Shown: positions 26,408 through 32,379 of the stretch, one piece after another
Numbering within the stretch: the first letter of the stretch is position 1
How the letters are laid out: each line of letters opens with the position of its first letter
From: a virus
Lineage: Duplodnaviria; Caudoviricetes
DNA: 32,379 nt
Strand: one strand, 5' to 3'
Virus record (IMG/VR): IMGVR_UViG_3300011339_000031
Coordinates: 1-32,379 of that record
Notes under the pieces: generated by a model
The model's database searches: none
Told to the model about the DNA's origin: nothing
What the model saw: only the letters and a program-made list of their open reading frames with translations
Program-made: the position numbers and the translations under genes

Positions 26408-27004
26408 TTAAACACCAGTGGTGTTGTTATATTGGTGAGTGTTAATCTTCACCAATAGTTCGGTGTAGGTATCGGCTGCGGTTGCAGTCTCAGGCACTAC
26501 GTCGATAACACGGATTGGGATAGTCGCGGTAGTACCAGCGCCGGTCAAGGTAACTGCATACGCGGAATCACCAGTGGTGGTGTTACCTGTATTCAATACC
26601 AAAGCCAAGTTGGTTCCAACCACAGTGCGACCTGCGGAACTCATGGTCGTGCCAGACGAAACCACGGCGACCTTGAACAGGGCCATAGGATCATCCACAA
26701 CGTATGCATAAGCAAGGTTGGTAGACGTAGAAATCAAAGCAGGCAGATATTGGCCCTGAACGGTTTGACCGCTAGAGTTTACATATTGACCGCCAAGACA
26801 AACGCCAACAATTGCACCAGAGTTAGTGGTGCTAGAAAGAACCAGATAACCGGTGCTGTCGATTTGTACGGTATCGCCATTAAAAATGGCAGTACCAAAA
26901 CCAGCAGCTACGGGAATCTGACGAATAGCACCAGCATAAGGCATACCGTCAATTCGATTGACAGGTTTTAGACCGTATGGGGCGCTAACTGTAGGATAAG
27001 CCAT
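26408..27004 (-). CDS. Capsid decoration/cement-like protein
   Basis: APYGLKPV..IFNGDTV..AYVVDDP..F; immediately upstream of the major capsid gene. Confidence 0.6.
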   Translation of the reverse strand: MAYPTVSAPYGLKPVNRIDGMPYAGAIRQIPVAAGFGTAIFNGDTVQIDSTGYLVLSSTTNSGAIVGVCLGGQYVNSSGQTVQGQYLPALISTSTNLAYAYVVDDPMALFKVAVVSSGTTMSSAGRTVVGTNLALVLNTGNTTTGDSAYAVTLTGAGTTATIPIRVIDVVPETATAADTYTELLVKINTHQYNNTTGV

Positions 27005-27021
27005 AGTTAAACTCCAAAAAA

Positions 27022-27474
27022 TTAAATACCTTTACCGAAAGTAACACTAGAGCTTCGTTCTTTAAACAAAGGCATCTTTGGGTTATTTTCACGCATGAAA
27101 GTATTGTCTACCGAGTTCATTTGGGTATCCGCTTGATTGCGGAAATACTCATCACGTTGCTCGACAAACTCTACTGGGGATTTGCAAAGTATCAAACCGC
27201 CTGTAACGATGTTGCCCGGAAAGTCCTTACTGGACGCTCCAAACAATCGAATCTCTGGATGGTCAGATGCTTTTACGGGCTCCCAGCCCTCCTGAAGTTT
27301 TGAATTCAAGTTAGTCGGATCATCTTTGCCTAGAGTAGCGATACGAATCCAGCGAAACGCATACCCTGCTTCCGGTTTGGGATCAGGGAGAAGCTGTGGA
27401 GGTTTCCAGCGCGTAGGACGGGCGGTAGCCTCACGAGTATCGGTTTCTCTACTTTTGCGAATTTGTTCAGTCAT
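27022..27474 (-). CDS. Head-region hypothetical protein
   Basis: WKPPQLLP..FRWIR..EGWEPV..GGLILCK. Confidence 0.7.
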   Translation of the reverse strand: MTEQIRKSRETDTREATARPTRWKPPQLLPDPKPEAGYAFRWIRIATLGKDDPTNLNSKLQEGWEPVKASDHPEIRLFGASSKDFPGNIVTGGLILCKSPVEFVEQRDEYFRNQADTQMNSVDNTFMRENNPKMPLFKERSSSVTFGKGI

Positions 27475-28424
27475 GCTTGTTTCCTCATTTCTTCAGCAAC
27501 CTTACGAGCATAGAGTTCCAAAGGAACACCAAGCCGCTTGGCGATATTTACCTGCGTTTGCGTAAGTACGATCTTTTTCGGCGCTGTACTACGTGAAGCT
27601 GGTGCTACAACATTTGATTTTTGTCGCTGAGATGTTTTCGCATCAGCGGGTTCCTCTGCAAATGCCTCAGGGAACCTTGCTCTCATTTCTTTGTCAATGG
27701 CATCAAAATATTCTTTGCTGCCATTTTGAATTCCTGCATTCAGTACATCCTCATGGAATGTAACTGCGTATGCAGTCATACCAGACTTTTTACCCCACCA
27801 AGGATTTCTATCTATCCATTCCTGAGTATCGGGGTGAATCGACCCTTGTGGAGTCGGTTGTTGCGGTTGTACTACAGTTTTCTGAGGTTGTAAAGGGGCA
27901 GGTTTAAAATTATTTACCTTATCCGCTCGGATTGCAGCGGCAGTTAGCTTTGATTGAGCCTTAATTAGCCGGTCAGTATCCCCAGATTCATAAGCTTCTT
28001 TGTACTCTCGTTGGGCAGAATCAATCTCAGACTCTACAACTTTTTTGGCTTGCTCAAGTAAAGCCGTTTGGTTGGTAGCCAAAGATCCTTGTAGTCGTTT
28101 GTTCTCTTCTACAACTGCTTCAGCCATACGCAAAGCTTCTTCTCGCTCACGTAATGCTGCTTCTTTTGCCCGGCGCTCTTCGTGGTATCCCTTATTAATA
28201 TGAGATAACCGGTCTTTAAGTTTCTGGTCAGAGTATTTAGATAATTCCTCGTCCGTTACCGGAGCAGGAGCTTCTTTCATCGGAGTACGATGTCTGTCTG
28301 CTGCAGGAGTATCGTCAACAATTTCAATTTCTTCTTCAGTAGATACTACTTTTCCACCCTCTCGTGGATTTTTAGTTTCTACTTCATCTGGAAATTCAAA
28401 TTCAGTTTTTTCAATTTCAGCCAT
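27471..28424 (-). CDS. Capsid scaffolding protein
   Basis: Acidic N-terminus, long coiled coil, C-terminal IAKRLGVPLELYARK helix; lies between portal and capsid genes. Confidence 0.7.
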   Translation of the reverse strand: MAEIEKTEFEFPDEVETKNPREGGKVVSTEEEIEIVDDTPAADRHRTPMKEAPAPVTDEELSKYSDQKLKDRLSHINKGYHEERRAKEAALREREEALRMAEAVVEENKRLQGSLATNQTALLEQAKKVVESEIDSAQREYKEAYESGDTDRLIKAQSKLTAAAIRADKVNNFKPAPLQPQKTVVQPQQPTPQGSIHPDTQEWIDRNPWWGKKSGMTAYAVTFHEDVLNAGIQNGSKEYFDAIDKEMRARFPEAFAEEPADAKTSQRQKSNVVAPASRSTAPKKIVLTQTQVNIAKRLGVPLELYARKVAEEMRKQA

Positions 28425-28433
28425 GATGACTCC

Positions 28434-28952
28434 TTAAGCATGAGCAAAAAATTGCTCAGAGTATTTGTTGGATTTTTTACGGTTCCAAAGTGCTGGTACA
28501 ACTTGTAAGTTATTTGCTGCGCTTGTTCCGCCTTTACTTACTGGAATAATATGGTCTACATGCCATGCTTTACCAGTGCATTGTGCGCGTAATTTACGCA
28601 ACCGTACAGCCTCTCCCAAACAAAATGAATCAAACTCATTAAGTTGTTTTTCACTAGAACTTCGCATTAATTGATATTTTAATTTAGCTAGCTTACGAGC
28701 TTCTGATATTGGTTTAGCAGTTCTGCGTTTTTCAGCTTCTGCTCTGCCACCAGATGTGACATAAACTTGATCTTCTTTGCGTTTTTGCGCTTTACCTTTT
28801 TCAGAAGAGTAGTATTTGCGTTTGATTTCCAAAGCCTTTTCAGGATTGTTTTCCCGGCGTTGCTTGGCAGCAAGAGTTAAACGATCTTTATGAATTGCAT
28901 AGTATGCCTTCCATCGTTCTGCGGCCTTGGTTTTTTGTTCGGCATTGCTCAT
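28434..28952 (-). CDS. HNH homing endonuclease
   Basis: Basic helical N-terminus and WHVDHIIPVSKGG..NNLQVVP..NRKKSN. Confidence 0.9.
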   Translation of the reverse strand: MSNAEQKTKAAERWKAYYAIHKDRLTLAAKQRRENNPEKALEIKRKYYSSEKGKAQKRKEDQVYVTSGGRAEAEKRRTAKPISEARKLAKLKYQLMRSSSEKQLNEFDSFCLGEAVRLRKLRAQCTGKAWHVDHIIPVSKGGTSAANNLQVVPALWNRKKSNKYSEQFFAHA

Positions 28953-29356
28953 GGCCTCTGCACCCCTCTGGGGTCTTGCACAACTGCTTCAACAGATTCA
29001 TCGTGGATTAATCTCCACTCTGTTCCGTGAATCTTCATGCGAGTACCAGTGTTTGGCCTAGTAAGAATGAAATCTCCTACCTTGCAGCTTGGGCCGCTAG
29101 GGAATCGTTTTTCATCTTTGTAAGCATCTGGCCCCATTTTTGCCACAAATAACACGGGGGATAAAAGCTCCTCATGATGCATCATTTGTGCTGTTTTTAC
29201 CAATCCAATTGCAGAATCATTGATTTCTTCTTCTGCTTTTGGAACCATACATAAAAGATAATATGTAGATGGATCTGGTACTTGTTTGGCCTTTTCTTCT
29301 GGGTGGGTATTTAATATCCCAGATAAATCAACCGCAGCGACATTAAAGTCATTCAT
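28949..29356 (-). CDS. groES: GroES-like co-chaperonin
   Basis: P..YYLLCMV, mobile-loop-like SAIGLV, VAKMGPDAY..CKVGDFIL..GT.MKI.G.EWRLI.DESVEAVV matches the Cpn10 pattern. Confidence 0.7.
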   Translation of the reverse strand: MNDFNVAAVDLSGILNTHPEEKAKQVPDPSTYYLLCMVPKAEEEINDSAIGLVKTAQMMHHEELLSPVLFVAKMGPDAYKDEKRFPSGPSCKVGDFILTRPNTGTRMKIHGTEWRLIHDESVEAVVQDPRGVQRP

Positions 29357-29428
29357 TTATTTTCCTTACTATCACGCATGGGGTTTAAGCGTATTTCGGC
29401 GGGTAACCCCAGATAAACCCATCCAAAC

Positions 29429-29617
29429 CTAATCATCCGATTGTTGTAAACGTTTCTCCATGTCTTTTACATAATACAAACACTTAGTTAACCCTAGTAT
29501 CTGACCAGATAAATATTTATATTCTGCAAAATCAGAAGCTGCACCAGAAGATATTACTTGGTTTAACTGTTGTATATCTTCGTCTATATCTTTAATTAAT
29601 GCGGTCATTGCATCCAT
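29429..29617 (-). CDS. Small helical protein downstream of portal
   Basis: DFAEYKYLSGQILGL; TAATG-coupled to portal. Confidence 0.7.
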   Translation of the reverse strand: MDAMTALIKDIDEDIQQLNQVISSGAASDFAEYKYLSGQILGLTKCLYYVKDMEKRLQQSDD

Positions 29618-32088
29618 TACATACCTCCGGGGGTTAGTTTCTGTTGCTGAAGTTGATCTTTATGCATCATTCCTTGTTGATGCAATTGAGCCTGTTGTTG
29701 TTGGGCTTGTTGCTGTGCAGCTTGAGCTTGCGCTGCTTTTTGAGCATTAATCTGAAGCTGCTGTTGATGTAACTGCTCCGCTTGCATAGCTTCTTGTTCA
29801 ATTTGCATGGGGCTAATGCCGCCTTTATCCGCATCTAACGCCAATCGGGCTTGGGCTAGAGCAATATCCGCGTCAATTTTCTTAACATCAGCGTCAGCTT
29901 TTTGCTTCTTAATCTGAAGTTCTTGCATCTGCATTTGGATAATTGGATCTTGCATCTGCTGTTGGGCTTGGGCTTGAGCCGCTTGGGCTTTGTTCATTTG
30001 CAATAACTGTTGCGATGCCTGCGCCACAACACGGGACAACTCAACTTCCAACTCTGGCGGCAGTTCAACGTCCGGCTTAGGCAAAGGAGCGCCAAGGCGT
30101 TCTTCAATCTTTGTCCTATATAAAAAGCCAAGATGCTCTGCAATGTGAGCTTGAATTGCTGACTGCATTTGCTGGGCCATAGGGTTTTGTCCTATCTGCG
30201 CTGCAATCATTGGGTCTTGCATAAATGTTGAATGCACCGCAATATGGGCTTCGTGGTCTTGGTAGATAAATGCTTTAGTCGGTTTACCTTTTAAGAAAGC
30301 CATGTTTTCACTAATAGGATCACGCGGTTTTTGATCGTCCTCAATAGGCACAATTTTGTCGGCGTTTTTTACTCCTAGCACTTCAATCATCTGACGATGC
30401 AAGTACGGCAAGTCATAGATATTGGGAGCTTGAGCAGACAGTTGGGTAACTGCCTGATACTGCATAATCCGTTGCGCCATTGTGGTGCTGTTAGGATCAC
30501 TGACAGGAATAATCTCTACTAAATCATAGTCTGCCTGTTTAGCTTTGCGATTGCCGCCTTCAGGTTTGTAGTTGTATTCTTCTGGAGTATGGTCACGAAT
30601 TAATTCTTTAAGCAGTTTAAATTCCTGCTTCATAGAATAGTGAACACGCGCTTGAACGGCGCTCATTGTTTTTAATTGTCGTTCCAACAATGCCAGCGTA
30701 GTTCCAACAGGAGCATTAGCTCCCATGTCGCTAACTTGTATATCAGCTATAGATCCTAGACGACGGCCTTCTTCTGTAATTTGATTAAGCAAAGCCAGCA
30801 AAACTTGGCTTGGCTCTTTGTAGGGAAGCGGCATGATGTTGTCACGCAAGACTCCACTGGCAATATCTACATCACGGAATTCTCCCGGCGCAATTGGTGT
30901 ATCGTCACCTTTAACCCGCAAGCCACGAGTTTTCATACCACCGGGTAAATTGCTCAGCGTGCCAGCATCAACCAATTGACGAATCAAAGAAGTGCCTGCG
31001 CGGGCATAACCACCGATTAGGTGAATCAGTCCCAGACCATAAGCACCAAAACCGGGTACATAGGTGTACTGTACAAAGTGTTGGCGCTTTTGTTTTGTCT
31101 TATCTTCTTCTTCCCAGTTACGGCGAATGGCTAAGATTTCTGTAGTACTGCGATCAATAGTAACTACATAAGGAAGGGCTACTTCATTTTTATCTTCATA
31201 CCCCGGCATGTTGTAGTCAACATGAATTTCATAAATCTGGTAGCGGTCATCATCAGTCAATGAATAACCTTGGCCTTCAGCTTTTTTCTTTTCTACATCA
31301 GTGTGTGTATTGTCTGGTTCACCCAGATCAATATCCCGATAGAAGCCTGCAACTTGCAAGTGGCGAATATCGTTTTTAGTCTTACGCATTAAGTGCGTAA
31401 CACGTTCCGCTGTATTAGCACTAGATGCGCCATAGGGAATAATTAAATCTTCGGCAGGGATAAACATTGCCGTTTGACGATTCAACGCTGGGTCAAAGTA
31501 GACTTTTTTAAACGCTGCTCCTGCTAGGCCCAAGTTATAAAGCATCCGCTCATGTTCAGGCCGGTATTCGGTCATTACATCTGTTAGCTGGTAGTTCATG
31601 TCCTCACGCACACGCTCTGCCGCTGCTACAGTTTCTTGATTGTCATCGCCAATAATCTGAGTCTTAACCGGGCCTTGTGCCGGGAAGCTCTCTGTAATTG
31701 TTTCCGACTGGAATCGGATGGCGGCTTCAGTCAGGATAGTAGAGAAAACACCACAAGCGCCATTCCACGGCTCTGTCCGTTCTTCGTAGTTCATGCCAAG
31801 GACTTCTAGTCCCTTAACATACATATCAACCCAGTCTTTGCGGGATTGAATATCAGCTTCAACTAAATCAATAAGCTCAGAGCCAAGTTTTTGTAACTCG
31901 CCCTCGTCCATTGCATCTGCTAAGTTTTCGTCAAAGTCACCTTTAGCATGGGAAAGAATTTCAATTTCCATATCCCCGGCGTGAACCGTAACACTATCAG
32001 GATTTTCTATTTCAATCTCAAGAGGATCTTCATTTATTAAGCCCATTGGCGCTTGATATAGAGAAGGGGCCATGCTGTTGGTTGCCAT
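29617..32088 (-). CDS. Portal protein with Gln-rich C-terminal barrel
   Basis: 823 aa directly after terminase; GAAFKKVYFD, LVDAGTLSNLPGG, APVGTTLALLE, long Q-rich helical tail (P22-like). Confidence 0.88.
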   Translation of the reverse strand: MATNSMAPSLYQAPMGLINEDPLEIEIENPDSVTVHAGDMEIEILSHAKGDFDENLADAMDEGELQKLGSELIDLVEADIQSRKDWVDMYVKGLEVLGMNYEERTEPWNGACGVFSTILTEAAIRFQSETITESFPAQGPVKTQIIGDDNQETVAAAERVREDMNYQLTDVMTEYRPEHERMLYNLGLAGAAFKKVYFDPALNRQTAMFIPAEDLIIPYGASSANTAERVTHLMRKTKNDIRHLQVAGFYRDIDLGEPDNTHTDVEKKKAEGQGYSLTDDDRYQIYEIHVDYNMPGYEDKNEVALPYVVTIDRSTTEILAIRRNWEEEDKTKQKRQHFVQYTYVPGFGAYGLGLIHLIGGYARAGTSLIRQLVDAGTLSNLPGGMKTRGLRVKGDDTPIAPGEFRDVDIASGVLRDNIMPLPYKEPSQVLLALLNQITEEGRRLGSIADIQVSDMGANAPVGTTLALLERQLKTMSAVQARVHYSMKQEFKLLKELIRDHTPEEYNYKPEGGNRKAKQADYDLVEIIPVSDPNSTTMAQRIMQYQAVTQLSAQAPNIYDLPYLHRQMIEVLGVKNADKIVPIEDDQKPRDPISENMAFLKGKPTKAFIYQDHEAHIAVHSTFMQDPMIAAQIGQNPMAQQMQSAIQAHIAEHLGFLYRTKIEERLGAPLPKPDVELPPELEVELSRVVAQASQQLLQMNKAQAAQAQAQQQMQDPIIQMQMQELQIKKQKADADVKKIDADIALAQARLALDADKGGISPMQIEQEAMQAEQLHQQQLQINAQKAAQAQAAQQQAQQQQAQLHQQGMMHKDQLQQQKLTPGGM

Positions 32089-32097
32089 ATGTATTCC

Positions 32098-32379
32098 TTA
32101 ATAGTAAGTGTTCTTGCGGCGGAAACTCTTTATCTCTTCTTTTTCATCTGAGTCCAGACGGATAAAGCCACCTTTTCTAAACCGAATTAATGCCTGTGTT
32201 GATGAGTCCACCAAGTCATCGTGATCCCCGTTAGGGAAAGCTGCCATCTGCTCAATCACTTCTGTAGCCCACCTAGTTTCAGGAGCCCACACTTTACCAC
32301 TACTAAATAAATCGGTAATGGAATTGATACGCACAAATTTATCATTGCCACGGGTAGGCGTGTATTCTGACACCATTAT
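32098..32379 (-). CDS. terL: Terminase large subunit, C-terminal nuclease domain (partial)
   Basis: DKFVRIN..FPNGDHDDLVDSSTQAL RNase H-like motif; frame is open to the window edge. Confidence 0.9.
   Translation of the reverse strand: MMVSEYTPTRGNDKFVRINSITDLFSSGKVWAPETRWATEVIEQMAAFPNGDHDDLVDSSTQALIRFRKGGFIRLDSDEKEEIKSFRRKNTYY

Noticed and set aside
28425-28460. Duplicated GroES C-terminus at the end of the 28434 HNH
   Set aside because: No alignable duplicate was found here, nor at the 5227, 9743 or 19646 nucleases.
500-28674. Many plus-strand ORFs and short alternative-frame minus-strand ORFs in the track
   Set aside because: They overlap well-supported minus-strand genes, lack recognisable motifs or RBS, and look like antisense or frame shadows.
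5227-28952. Group I introns or inteins hosting the endonucleases
   Set aside because: There is almost no non-coding room for a ribozyme core, no intein splice motifs were seen, and the flanking genes are complete without splicing.

Overview
This window is the virion-morphogenesis and lysis arm of a tailed dsDNA phage with podovirus-like gene order; the host cannot be determined from it. Every credible gene is on the minus strand. Read from right to left: terminase large subunit (3' end), portal, GroES-like co-chaperonin, scaffold, capsid decoration protein, major capsid protein, a glycosyltransferase-like gene, a cluster of small basic proteins, head-tail adaptor-like genes, tail and fibre genes, holin and GH108 endolysin, a tail hub/stabilisation protein and probable internal (ejection) proteins. 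Six free-standing homing-endonuclease-like genes are interspersed (4 HNH-type, 1 LAGLIDADG, 1 endonuclease VII-like). The most notable observation is that two of them appear to have inserted inside protein-coding genes without an intron or intein. Each carries a diverged replacement of the disrupted gene end, and the displaced end is still visible: a C-terminus at 22816-22875 versus 23259-23318, and an N-terminus stub at 11240-11308 versus 10459-10530. Other leads are a candidate pseudoknotted leader RNA after the capsid gene, a shared (M/F/Y/L)-x-x-G-G motif across small basic and internal proteins, TonB-box-like repeats in a putative ejection protein, and identical 15-nt junctions between tail-fibre modules. 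All product calls come from motif recognition and gene order, not from database searches.
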